The notes under the pieces: generated by a model
The model's database searches: none
Told to the model about the DNA's origin: nothing
What the model saw: only the letters and a program-made list of their open reading frames with translations
Translations under genes and position numbers: made by a program
Assembly (NCBI GenBank): GCA_036172245.1
Contig: JAYWIR010000012.1
Coordinates: 3,658,001 to 3,722,000 of the forward strand
Origin: Raillietiella orientalis
Lineage: Eukaryota
DNA length: 64,000 bases
Direction of reading: 5' to 3'
Shown here: one piece after another, positions 24,385-36,700 of the stretch
Numbering within the stretch: the first letter of the stretch is position 1
Layout of the letters: every line of letters begins with the position of its first letter

Positions 24385-24900
24385 ATGCGTTTCTTGGGAA
24401 ACGGCGTTAGAAAGTGTGACCAAAATAACCGCATTGCGGACGTGGGAAAAGTCGAAGATTTGACGCGGAACACGAGTGATAAGCTTTCAGCTGTCACCAC
24501 GAGGAACCGCGGATCGCTCTTCACCTGGAAGATGATGCTTTGGACTCCTCGGATTCAACGGAGTGCGTGTGGCGCGTTGGGAACCTCCTGTGCTGTCAAT
24601 ACGACACGCTGGAGTTTTCCCTCCGTGATCCCACTTGAGATCTTTTTGAGTGAAACAAGGAGTACGGAAGATTCAGGGTACGAAAAATGCGTGTATCCTT
24701 GTCAAGAGATACGTAGTGGGCCCGAGACGTCACAGCCGGGTCGCGCACGATGGATTATCTCTCTGCAAGGGCCACGTATCGTATCCGGTACTCCGAAGAA
24801 GGAGCGTGCGTTATCGCGACGCTCGTCCCGTTCCCGGGGCTACGAACCGCGCGTGCTCCACATCGGTAAGGTCAAAGTTCTCAAGAGAGGAGGGCTTCAC
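24385..24900 (+). mobile_element. decayed mariner transposase
   Basis: Frameshifted remnants occur in the expected order: NKEY..VRKMR (cf. TVNKEYY..LRRLR), then VAHDG...VL (cf. LHHDNA). Confidence 0.35.
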
Positions 24901-27900
24901 CGTCATGTCGTTACCGACTTTCACTTTCCATTCCACGAGTGGACATCCGTGCTGAGACGGAGGTCGTTGCCCCGGGTGGCACCCGCTGGTTAAAGGCTAG
25001 CCTGGAATTGCGCCGTGAATGCAGCACTGTTTCGCCTGTTGGTCGGGGGAGCGACGGCGATGGCCGACTCCAGCGCAACCTACAGGAAAGGGAACGCTGC
25101 GATTGGGGGGCTGCTGATTCGCTCGCTCGCCTCGCCGGATGCGGCGTGCATGTCTCCTCGTCACACTCGTGGAACGGTCGCTTCTTGCGCGGGTCCCGCC
25201 GATGGCGGTGGGGCCAAGAAGCCCTAATTCCAGCAGCGGAGGGAACCGTTTCAAAATCAGGAAGCCACGTAGCTCCTGACGAGGGGAATTTACCATGTCA
25301 AGGGCCGGGAAGGAAGGGGTCGGGGTCGCAGACCCGAAGTCCGCGCTACGGTGCGCGATGTATTTGGGAGGGAAAGCAGCGCCCAAGTCAAGGATATGCG
25401 GATCCGCAGCCGCTCGCGCGTAAGGCGCCCGCCGATGTGAGCTCGGGTCCCCGTTTCAGCCGTTCAGCCCCGGGCTACGGGAGAGGTTCAGGGACGGGGA
25501 CATCCCTGGATCTCTCTCTTCCCTGGGGCGAAAGGGTGCCCGCCCTACGTTCTCCAGGAACTGCTCAGCTCCCAGGCGGAGCTCGTCTGGTTACCACGTT
25601 CGACCCCTTCCCTTCTCCTCCCGGCCACCTTCCTCCCTCTTCCCTCTCTCGATGGCGCCTCCCGGACTTCCGTCCGGAAACCTCGCCGTGGCGGCCGCCA
25701 CTCCGTCTCCGAGGAGGAAGAGACGCCAGATTCGAAAGGAGCTTGGGGGAGGGAAGGCGGGTCGGCTACGCCCACCCGGGCCGTGTCGCTGCGCGCCCTT
25801 CGGATTCCTTGCTGCTGGAAGCTCCTCCCTTCCTCTGGGGTCATTCCGCCGCCTCGGCAAGAAACGCCTCCGCCCCTGTCGGACGCTACGAAACAGCGAA
25901 GACGCCTTCGGAGAGGCATGCGCTCGCTTCGCTCCGGATCGCCCGGCCAGGTGCCGCGTTCCCTTGGCTCTCGCGATTGGGTCCAGCTACCGCCCTTCTT
26001 GCTCTGCATCTCGCGGCCCGACCCCGGGGAGGGCTATCTCCCCTGCTGCCCCTTCGCGCCGTCGGGGACCCTGCGGGCCTCCTGCTTGCGCGCTCGGCCG
26101 ATCTCCGGCACCTGCGCCCCCCTCTCCATCCGGGCGCGGATCTTCGGGCGCCGCGAGCCCGTGCGGATGGGAAGAGCCCACCCACCCAGTACCCGTCGGA
26201 GGCCCGTGGTGCCCTTCGGTGAGGAACCTCGCACATCGCTCGCTTGTCCCCGGGATACACGCAGCAGCAGCAGCCGCCCGCCACCGCCTCGCGCACTACA
26301 TTTTTGCTGCGCACGGGAAGGGAAGGGGAGGTCTGATCCCTCCTACCTGACCCCCGCTCTCCCCTGCAAGGAGGCTGGCCGCCGCTGCCTCGGCTCGACC
26401 GGGTGGGTAAACCCAAGCAGGCGGAGTCTCCGAGGAGCCGGTTCTTCTCTTCCCTCGTCTGTTTTCGTTCTCCGCCCCCCACCCCCTTTCCGTTCGCAGA
26501 GAAAGGGGGGGGTCTGGACGGCTCGGTCGCTCCTTGCGTTATGTCGGACGCGGGGCGCTCCTCAAAGGAGCGGAAGTTCCCACCCTTGGTCTTAGGGACG
26601 GGTGGGAGGCCTTGGCGCGTGCTCCGTCCAGGGGCTGGCGCGTTGCGCCTCGCGCGGCGGGGAACGCCGCCCAGATCCCTTCCTCCCCCTTTTTTCCCTT
26701 CCCGGTTCCGGGCTAACCAGCGGGGACTTTCCTCGCCGTCCCGGAAGCGGAAGCGAACCGGCTGCTTCGCGCGATCGACCGCGCTCCCTCGGTGCAAGGG
26801 CATGTTTGCCCGCGCGTTTCCTCTGGACGTCTCTCCCTCCTGAGGGATGCCGGCGGTCCCAGCGCGCGCTCCCAACCTTGCACGTCATTTCCTCCTCCGC
26901 ACATTTTTTTGTTTTTGTTTTTTGTCTCCCCCTCCACCCGCTGTCTTTCTGCGTTCGCCCCAGCCTCCGTCTCTTCGCTCCTGCTGCTGTAGCTGCTCTA
27001 CCGTCCACTACGGGAGAAGCAGGCAGGATCGACCCACTTCCCACCTGCAGGTGCGTGGGCCGCTGTCGTTTCGTCGTTTCGTGGCTCGCGGAAGCCCGGA
27101 CGAGTCTGGCTTTCCGGGCGCCCTCCCGCGGCGGGGACGCTCGGTCGGCCACCTTCCCCTCTGTGGGGGCTTCGTCCCTTCCCGCTTCCCGGCTCGCGGC
27201 TTCACCTGTGTGCGAGAGCTGCGTCCTCCTTCTCCTCCCCCTTTTCCCTTGGGAGTCTTTCCGCGGACCGGCAGGCGCTACGTGACACACCAGAGCGCGC
27301 AGAGGGCCCGTCCGCGTCTAGAGGACGACCTAGGGGCGAGCCCTTGCGACCAGAAGAGGTTCACGAGCTCCCTGGTTGCGCCGTCCCCTTTGCTCCCCCC
27401 CCCCCCCGCTTCTCCCGCGCTCTTCCTCCTTTTTGCCCCTTCCTCTCAAAGGCAGGAGATCTCAGGAAGGGTGGGGCAGCAGTGGCTGGTGCTGCTGGGC
27501 CACTGAGGAACCGGGAGGAAGGAGGGGAAAAAGGGGACAGCAACGGCGGGAGAAAGTCCGGACGGTCGGCGGGGCCACCTTTGCGTTCTTCCTCGATGTG
27601 CGCGCGCTTCTTCTTCCTTTGCACACCTGTCTCAGGGGCTCTGCGCCCTAGGACGGTGGCCGATCCTTTCGGCATGGGGGGGGGGGGATCGAGAGGGAGG
27701 TGCGTCTCACGCGTCGGGCAGACCTCCAGGGAAGGAGCGAGTAAACAACACCTGCTCCCTCAGTTCTCTCCCTTCTGGACCTGGAAAGCCTTGGGAGAGG
27801 AGGGGGGGCGTGGCTTCGTCGGTGCGATCGCCTTGGCTGCGCCTGCGCTGCAGCCTCCCGCGCTTAGCTCCTCTCTCCCTGGCGGACGCTCCCGCGCCGT

Positions 27901-29442
27901 TCTCAGCAGCGGCGCTCATCCCGTCGGACGGCCGCGCCCTCGTACGGGCACCCAGAGTAGCTTCGCGCGTCTGCCGCAGTGGCGCTGCGACTCATTTTCT
28001 TTTTTAAACCCGCATCTTCGCTTGCTGCTTTCGAGGCGTCTCACGCTCGCATTCAAGCCCCGAGGGACCTCCTCTCTCCCCCCTCCGCCGTGCGCTCTTA
28101 CCCAAGCGGTGCACCCCTTGGTTCTCGCTCGCCGCGTAGGCTGCGCCCGTTTCCCCTCCTCCTCCCCCGCCGATCCCTCAACGCCCTTCGCGCGAACGAC
28201 ATCTCCGAGCCTTCCGAAGCGGGCAGAAGGGTGGGAAGGTGCCTTCCCTTCCTCCCTCCCCTAGTTAGGGACGGCCGTCCTTCCTCCCTTCCCCCAGTTT
28301 GCGCAGACCCACCTCGGTCCGTCCCACCCCGTCCCCCCCACCATTCCCTATCCTTGGATTCCGGTGGCCACGCTTCCCGCAACCAGGTAGGAGTCAGAAG
28401 ACCCTCTTTCCCCTTCCCCAATCCTGAGGTCTCCCCCCCTTCGGTGCGGTTGCCAAGTCCCGGAGGCGCACTCTTCCCCCCCCCCCCCCGCCATCAATTC
28501 CAGAGGGATCGTCGCCGCCCAGCCGCGACCTTCTCCCTGATTTTCCCATGCGCGGCAGAGGAATTGGACGCAGTCCTCACCCGGCCCTTCTGCCGGAGTC
28601 GCCGAGAGGGGGGCGGCTCCGCGCTGCGACAAGCAGCTCGCGCCTGGAAACGCGGCTGGGAACCGCCGGGAAACTGCCTGCTCCCCTCTCGCCGGGGCTG
28701 GAGCGACCGCCCTCGCCCCAAACTCTATCCCCGTTCTCGCAGCGATGTGGCCTCACTCGCGGTCCCCACTACGGACCGCAGCAAGGACATTCATCGGACG
28801 CTGTTCAGGGTTCCTTCCTTCCTCCACCTCCACCCCTCCCTCCCTTTTTTTGGGGGGGTGATGGGAGCTCCTGCACTTCTTTCTGCGACTCCACCGGCGT
28901 GTTCCTTCACCTCCGGGGCAAAGAAAACTCCTTCCGGGGGAAGGAGCAGCTGCTCCTCCCTGGGCGCGTCCTCTCTCCAGAGGGATCCGGCAGCGGTCGC
29001 CTGCGTCGCGGCGGAGGCACTCGGACTCCACGGGCAGGAGAGGGAGCGGGACGTCGGCAGGCAAGGGCCGCTTCCCTGGTGCGCGAGCCCGCTTCGTCAC
29101 GTCTGCGCGCTCGAAGCATGGCGCACCCCACGGCGCGGTGCCGCCAGTACGGCAGCCCGACCGAGTTGCCACAACCCAACCATCGTCGCCGTCTCCCCTT
29201 CATCGCTACGTCCAGAATGAGCGCGCCCCCCGGACGTGGGCGCGTGCGGAAGGCGGCTGGGGAGGTTCGGCCGCAGCGGGAAGGGGCGCCACAGAAGCAG
29301 GAGCACGTCTGCGAGGCCATACCTCCGGAGCTTCCTGGTTGTCTCATGTGTCTCCGGGTCGCCCTGGTGCTCTGGTTGTGTGTATTCCCTCATGCTTTCA
29401 GGACTCACCCCCTGGAAACCACCCACTCCTTGCATCCTAGTC

Positions 29443-30125
29443 CTCTGAGGAGAACCCCTAAGGGACGCTTCCCGATTTGCTTCTGGAGGACCCTCCCCGA
29501 AGGGAGCAGCTCACTTAATACTCTGGAAAGTCAACCCTCTCAAGGCAGGGGGGATCATCGGTACGCGATGGAGGATCTCTCCTCAGGCAGGGAGTCGGCT
29601 CCATTTTCTCAACCGGAGGGGAACCCCAAAGGGAAGCGACTCCATGCTTCCTGGAGGGTCAACTACGTGCTGAAGAACCATCTGCCTCCTTACGGGGAAC
29701 TCATAAAGCTCTTTAAACATCTCCCACTTCACTAGAGGGAGCGCGCAACTCAAGTTGTAAGGGACTGCCCTATAGAATCCAAAAAGGCTACGGAGGAAGG
29801 AGAGTCTGTTCCTCTCTTAGCTTGGTAGGGAACCTCGAAGAGAAGAAATTGTACCTCATTCTCTCCGGAAGGACCCTCCGGAAAGGATCCGCTCCCTATT
29901 CCCTGCTCTGAAGAGAACCCCGAAGGGACGATTCCCAATTTCTCGAGGGATCAGCACGATCGTTTCTGGAGGGCGCACCCCAAAGGGATCAGCACGTTTC
30001 TTCTTAACACTCCGGAGAGGCGACCCCCTGGGAGGATGGGGTATCAACCGGCTCTATGGTGCGCGATGGAACCCCCCCCCCGCAAAGGGGGACGGCTCCA
30101 TTTTCTCAACCGGAGGGGAATGCCG
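29443..30125 (+). repeat. degenerate minisatellite with a ~190-220 bp higher-order duplication
   Basis: Recurrent YGGAGG-N-CCCCRAAGGGA-like units about every 30-40 bp. The 28-mer cggctccattttctcaaccggaggggaa is identical at 29596-29623 and 30093-30120. Confidence 0.75.
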
Positions 30126-30129
30126 TAGG

Positions 30130-30540
30130 GCTCTTGATTACGGGGGGTCATCGGGGGCATCTGGGAATTTCCGACTTCCAACGGTGCCGGGTGAGCCGGA
30201 CACAGAACGAGACCTCGTCAACGAGGTGTGCGCGCCGATGCAAACCCGCGACTTGTTGGCCGGAGAACCGGGAATGGAGACCAGGATCGACCATGTCTTC
30301 CTTGACCAGCACGTGTGCTCCCGTGCTGGCAGGCGCGGCACGAATCGATGCTGTCAGACCATTCCAGAACTCGAGGTTCTTCTGCGAGACAAGGGTCCTC
30401 CTTTGGGATGCGTGGCGTCTCCCAGGGGACTGGGTGAACCTCCCGAAAGCCGCGAGACACCTCTGCGCGTTCTCACGGAGTTTCAGGTTGCTGACTCGAT
30501 TCTCACCCGGGTGCGCCAGGGCGTTTATTCTCTCGAATAA
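30130..30540 (+). mobile_element. decayed AP-endonuclease C-terminus of a non-LTR retrotransposon ORF2
   Basis: LLITGG (cf. IIGGDFN), TRIDHVF, LSDH and AWRL occur in canonical order across frameshifts. Confidence 0.55.
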
Positions 30541-30639
30541 AACTTTTACAGAATTTGTGGCTGGACCAGTGATCCATCCACGCTCTAAATGATCAAAGCC
30601 TTCCGGGTTACCGGTTCGCTGACCGGGGCAGTCCACCTC

Positions 30640-32375
30640 GGTAGCAGAGGGGAGGGGGCATAAACAAAAATAAAAAACAAAATGAAAAATAAATAAAAGA
30701 ACTGGGGAGGACCTGGGATGGATCACAGTCTGATCACAGTCCTCGTCACATCCTCTGGAGAATGCCGGCAAGATTTTCCTGAATATTGGTTTCAGATGGG
30801 GCCATCGCGTCGCCATCCTCAAGAAGTTGATTCGCTAGCATCCCTATCGCTGGGTCCTCCCGTAGCGTTGCTCCATGCAGCGACGATGCTGCGTAGGCAG
30901 CACAGGACTGCTAGCGAGGCCGCTGGCGGGAGAGCGTCTCAAACGAAGTGGGGTCGTATAGAGTCTCTGGGGTTGTCTCCAGGGGCTCCCAGGGCCGCGG
31001 CGAAGCGTGCCCATAGAGGCCGGAGGGAAACAGTCCACTAACAGGTGGGGGAGAGATTTCCGCTCCCCGCACCTAACACAATTGGGTCCACCCCCCACCA
31101 CGTCCAGTGCTGACTGCAAGCGTTGCTTGGGAGTCCCCAATGCAACACCGGCAGCGCCGACTCCTGCCACTTCATGGGGAGGGTGCGCGTGCCCATCAGC
31201 ACCGGGGGCCACTTCAGGTGTTCCACCGGAATTTCCAGCAGCTCGTCTCAGCGCAAGAGTCCGTGTAAGGCTGTACTCAGGGTCGCAGCGTTGGTCAGCA
31301 TTTTCCATTCCCGGATCTTGTTCTCCTTCCCGGATATCTTTACCAAAACCTCCCATATTGCCGATATGTCGCTGCCCAGATGTTCCCTGAGGGAGGGCAA
31401 CCTCGTAGCAAGGAAAGTTTTTCCTACGCACGCGCTTTTTCGGGGATCCTACAGGATCTCTCGGAGCGTGCGGTTGTGATGCCGCGCGAACAGTTATCTT
31501 CGCACTTGTTCCGCGCGTTGCTCGTGGATCCTCGCCCACAGACGAACGCTTTCCTGAAGCCACACACTACCGTTCGCGGGGCGGATGGAGATCCATCGCG
31601 AGGACCGGGTCGGTCCTCGCGAGTTTGGCTGCCTTCCTAAGCTGCAGTCCGCAGTGGTAGATGGGACTTCGGAGTACAAGGTAAGATGAGAGTGCCGCGT
31701 TGCCGGTGGCCTGCTCGACGAGGAGGCGTGCAGGGTCGCACGCACCAGGTGGGGTTCCAATTCCTCGCCACGAAGGCAACTGTCTGGAACTGGAGCTGAC
31801 GCTCCAGCTGCTCCAGCGTCAGGAGGGCGAGACCGCCGTCCCGACACGGAGCGCACAAGTCCGCAAGCCGGACTCGAGGCCTCCCTTTGCCCCAAAGGGC
31901 GATCCTCAGGAGGTCCTTGGTCCGCTTTTTTGTCTCCACCGTGGGGGGCAAACAAAAAGCAAGGGGTGAAGGAGGGGTCTATAAACGTGTTCCACACTGT
32001 GGCTCGTCCCTGCAGGAAAAATCTGCCACCTTGGAACGGGCCGATCGTTGTCTCAGCCTTCTGGAGGCAGCTGGACCACGCTTCAGCCGGGGAGTAGTCC
32101 CCCAGTGGCACACAGAGGTACTAAAAGTACCGTTCCGTGGGGATCCCCAGGCGGATCCAGTCTAGCTGTCCTGTCCACGCCGCACCGACTGCATCACGGA
32201 CGACTTTGCCCTGTTCACCCTTAGTCGTGTTCCCCGACTTAGGAGGTCGAAGAATTCCTTGACCGCGGAAGCCGGGGTGGACATAGGGAGTAACAGCAGA
32301 AGATCGTCCGATGCTGAAACCGCAGGCCTACCGGACAATCGCGTGGCAAGTATTCCAGAGTCTCCTTGTATGCTG
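30640..32375 (-). mobile_element. 5'-truncated L1/Tx1-like non-LTR retrotransposon (RT domain 5 to 3' end), decayed
   Basis: VSASDDLLLLLP...GTRLRVNRAKS, RIALWGKGRPRV and NCVRCGERKSLPHLLVDC, followed by a T-rich 3' UTR. Colinear homology to the copy at 32715-34420. Confidence 0.8.
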
Positions 32376-34420
32376 TATTGCCCAGAGGCAAGCCTGGCAA
32401 TCTGGGTCTGCCAGCTTGCTGGACGAGGGCCGGGAGCACTCGGCACCCGCTCAGATCCGCGGTCTGCTGCGGCGTTTCTATTCCTCCCTGTACAAAGCAT
32501 TCTACTGTGTCGACCAGAGTCTCCTTCTGGAACTGCTGAAACGCTTGGGCTTCCCGGCCGCATTGTCGAGCTATCTGCGCTCCAATTGGCGCCACGTGCT
32601 CATCAACATCTCTTTCAGAGGGAAGACGGGGCACGGCGTGCTAGTGAGACGCGTATACGGCAGGGCAATAGTCTGAGCTCCCTACTCTTTAGCACCTATT
32701 TCGAATTGGTGTGCAAATATACAGGGAGACTCTGGCTCTACACCAGCGCGTATGTCCCGGCACGCCTGCCATCTCAGCATACGCGGATGATCTTCTGCTG
32801 TTGCTCCCCATGTCCACCCCGGCATGCTCACTCGATGGTTTCTTCGAGCTGCTCAGTCGTGGGACGGGTCTGGTGATGAACAAGGCGAAGTCGTCCGTGG
32901 TTCCCGTTGGTGCGTCGTGGGCAGAGAGGCCGAACTGGATTCGCCTGGATCCCCACGGGCCGGTACTCAAAGTACCTGGGTGTTCCGTTGAGAGACTTCT
33001 GCTCCTCAGAAGCTTGGTCCGGTCGTCTTCAGAAAGCACTGCAGGCGTTCGGCCAGTTCCAAAGAGGCCAATGCTGTCCCTCTTTGGGACGGGTGTAGAA
33101 CCGTTTGTGCTCCCCCCCTCCTCCGCCCCTTGCTTTTTGTTTGCCCACCGCCATGCAGCATTAGAAAGCGGACAAAGAACATCCTCCGGATCGCCCTATG
33201 GGGCAAAGGGAGGTTCGCCCTATGAACCTAACCAGGGTTCCGCCTAAAGAACGTATGTGCTCCGCGCCGGGGTCGAGGCCTTGGTCTTTTGATGCTAGAG
33301 CGAATGGAGCTGCAGCCCCAGTTTCGGACACTTGCCCTTGTGGCAACCCTGTGAAGCACCACTGTTGCCAATCTGCACGTCTTGTCCAGCAAGCCACCGG
33401 TAGCGTGGGACTCGCGTCCTTCCTTGCGCGCCGTCTACGCAGTCTCAGCCACTGTGTACTGCACCTTCGGCAGGTGGCCAATTTGGCCAGGGAAAATAGG
33501 TAGATCTCGGAACGTCCCGCGAATGGTAGTGCCTGGTTGCAGGGAACCATGCGCACCTGGGCGAGGATCCAGGAGCCAAGTGCGGAACAGGTGCGACATT
33601 TCCTGTACGCGCGTAACAACAACGTTTTGGGAGACCCTGGAAGATCCCATGAAGAGTACATGAGCAAGCAGAACCTCCCTCGCCGCCGCGCTGCCCTCTT
33701 TCAGGGAGCACATGGACAGCAGCCTCACGGCTAGATGGGAGGTCACTGTGGAAATCTCCGGAAGGAGAAAAGGACTGGGCGAGTGGACGACGGGCAAGCT
33801 CACTGACGCTACGACCCCGAGTGCTCGGACTTTTGAGCTGGTGCGTGCTACTGGGTAGTCCCGAGGAAGACCTACAGTGCTCATGAACACCTGCACCCTC
33901 CCCTTAGAGAAGCAGGAGTCGGCGCTGATGCTGCTTCATTGGGGCCTCCCGTGCAACACCCGCTAGCATCTGTGGACACGGGTGTGTGTGAATCGAAACT
34001 GTGCAAGGTGCGAGGAGCAGGAATCCCTTCCGCACTGTGTTGCCTTCCGACTCCTTCGGGGACGCTTGGCCACGACCCTTGGAACCCCCGGCGGCAAAGC
34101 CATGGACGTTTTAAAGCGCCTCTTTCTGTGCGACGCCCTCACGCCGGCCGCATCCCTAGCAGCACTGTGCTGCCTATGCGGGATCGTCAGAGGACGCCAG
34201 AACGGCAGGGACGCCATCTCTTTCGCTGTCCTCTTCACAAGGATAGCGTCGATGGCCCCATCTGGGAACCATAAAACAGGAACTTGCTAGCATCCTTACA
34301 AGGATGCAGAGGATGCCCTTCAGCACACTGTGATCCTTTCCCGAACCCCCTCCCCCATTTTTTGACTGCAGTTTCTGTTTTGTTTTTTTCTTTTTGTTTG
34401 TCTCCCCTTCCCCTACGCTG
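32376..34420 (+). mobile_element. L1/Tx1-like non-LTR retrotransposon ORF2 (linker, RT domains 3-7, C-terminal zinc finger), frameshifted
   Basis: FYSSLY, KAFYCVDQSLLLELLKRLGF, IRQGNSLSSLLF, AYADDLLLLLP, GLVMNKAKS, KYLGV and NCARCEEQESLPH in order, followed by a T-rich tail. Confidence 0.85.
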
Positions 34421-34549
34421 TCGAGGCGAACCCTGCTGGTCCGTGTGCCAGATCCCGGCAGGTTCCTTTTCATATTCATAAGTAATGTGGCAGGATCAAA
34501 CGTCTTGCCACAGACATGTAGGTTTAGAAATAAACTCCCCAGTGTGACC

Positions 34550-35090
34550 GGGTAACAACCAGTGCCGCCGCACCCGAATGGGTTGAGCCAGAGCCATCCT
34601 GCGGGTTGGACTCGAAACCCATGAAGCACCCTCTACTTCTAGGCACCAGTCCTTCCTCGAATGGGATTCGAATCCTCGAAGCTCGGTGCCACCACTCGCG
34701 GAGAGACCGCGGCCCCAGGGCCGCCAGCACAGGCCCGATTGCCAAACACCGTCACAGGAACGTCATCCCATTCCACTGCGCACGCGTCCTGCTGACCGGT
34801 GAGAGTTCCCAAGTGCATGGGTGGAGCTCCATCGATGTGAACCACGTCGGGCCTCTTCCGGAAGCTCCACCGAAGCCTCCAAAGTGCAGAGCTGTTCAGA
34901 GCTGCTTGTCCGGCACGGTCGCCCCGACTTCTGGCGCAGAGAACTCCATGATGACGCGACGATCGTCCGGGGACACGCGAAGAACAAACACGCCTGTTGG
35001 CGGTCCTATCAGGACAGAGCGGTTCAGAGTCCGGGGCACCCCCGAGGTGGTCGCCAAGGACTACCGCGTGCACGACTTTTGAGTTGAGGG
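34550..35090 (-). mobile_element. possible ORF1 relic of the L1/Tx1-like family
   Basis: VHAVVLGDHLG and VVHIDGAP segments resemble the other putative ORF1 relics in the window. Confidence 0.3.
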
Positions 35091-36239
35091 CTTTCTCCCC
35101 ACCTCGGCATCTTTTTCTCTTTTCTTTTCTTCCTCTTCTCCTCCCTTCGGAAGGCTCTCCGTCGCTTGCAAAAGTCGTTTTCCCCATCCGAAGCGGCCGC
35201 AGACCCGGTGGTGCTCGGCGCCACCCTGGCGCCGTCCCAGCGTGGACCGGAAGGGAGCTGCGACCTCACCGCTTCCACCCCGCCTGCCAGGCGTTGGCAT
35301 TGCCGCCTAGCGGAGCCGACAACCAAATCCCGCCGCTGCCGAGAGAGGAACGCTCCCCCCCTCTCACCCCTTTCCCCATCCTGCTTCTCGTGCGGGGACT
35401 CTGGGCTTTTTGCAAGCAAAGGAAAACAAGAGGCAATGTGCATCAGAGAATCCACAGTGACCACCGGCCCGCAGGCCGGCTACTCAGAAGCGCATGGGAT
35501 GGAGGCAGTACATGAATATATGAAAACGGGGGAAGGAACAGGGGTTGCCGGTCACTCTCGCCGCGCCACCTGAAGCCTGCGTGCGACGCAGTCGGTGTCC
35601 TCGACTCTGCTATCAGGCAGGGACCGCGTTCCTTATCGCCGCGGGGAGAGGCCCGTAACCTTTTTCCTTCCTCGCTGGCGCGCCCTCTGCGTGTCCCGGA
35701 ACGCCACGATCCTCTTGGAGCAACACAGGATGGGGTGGTCGGGGAAGAAGGCGAGACGGCGCCGAAGCGGCTCTCTCGGGTGCCTTCGGGCCGAAGCAGA
35801 GCGGCCGCGAGGCATTCCTGCACCCCATGAAGGTCACGCTCAGCCGCAGGCCGGCAGCGGCTGCGCGTGGAAGTTCTCTGCAGGTGGTGCAGTGGTGCCA
35901 TCTCCGGACGAGGGGCGGTGCTTCCCCTGGTGATGGTGCCGCTGGTTGCACGAAAAGCCGCGGCTGGACCAACGGCACAGCCACCTCGTGCTGCCACCTG
36001 AGGAGGGGCGCAGAGGTGCCTCCGACGAGATAAGGGGAGCAGCCTGAGAGGGCGTGACTTTCGGGTGCCGCCACGTCAGCGTGTCACCCTCGTTACAACG
36101 TCACCCACCCCGGCGATTGGCAACCGCTGTTTCTCTCCCGTGGGGAGGACGGAGCGGCGGCTGGGGAGAGGGAGGCGGCATTGGGCTCGGGCCGCTTCTT
36201 CCCGTCCTTTCCCACTTCCTCCAGCGAGAGAACTACCGG

Positions 36240-36700
36240 ACGGGGGGTTGTCGCATCGAGCTGCGCCAGATGTGGGGCGGAGGGATCTCTTCCGCGCCCC
36301 GTTGCTGTTGCTCTCCGGCGGGCACTGTGGGACGTCATTCCAAGGCCCTCCCCATCCCGGCAGACAGCCCCAGTTGCCGCCGAAGAGAGCCCCTTTGTGC
36401 GCGCATCTGCTGCCGCCCCGAAGAGGCTCCAGCGCCGCTCCGGGGCCGAGAGCGGCCGCAGAGGCAGGGGAGCCGCCCACACGCGGCGACCCCCTTCCCG
36501 CGGATCGCGACGAGAGGGACCCAACAGGCACTCCGTGAGGAGATGGCCGGCGGTCCCGCAAAAGGGGGGAAAGGGACCCAACGGAATGAGCAGAGGGTGA
36601 CCCCTACTGATCCCTACCAACTACCCCTCCCAACCACATGAACAATCCCCATTACCCCTCTCTCCTCCCCATTCTCTCCCCCTCTTGTCGTTTCCCTCCC
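36240..36700 (+). mobile_element. 3' end of the L1/Tx1-like element (copy A)
   Basis: SCARCGAEGSLP finger remnant. About 370 bp is clearly alignable to 53226-53600, and a CT-rich tract follows. Confidence 0.65.

Noticed and set aside
24939..29735. Overlapping ORFs of 300-430 aa on both strands
   Set aside because: Pro/Arg/Gly/Ser-rich with no domain motifs and open in several frames at once, as expected from stop-codon scarcity in GC-rich DNA.
29443..30125. Repeat-spacer appearance reminiscent of CRISPR
   Set aside because: The repeats are highly degenerate, the spacers are themselves duplicated, there are no cas genes and the context is eukaryotic.
30569..30726. 11-bp inverted match gtgatccatcc as a possible target-site or terminal repeat
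   Set aside because: It is inverted rather than direct, short, and not at both ends of the nested copy.
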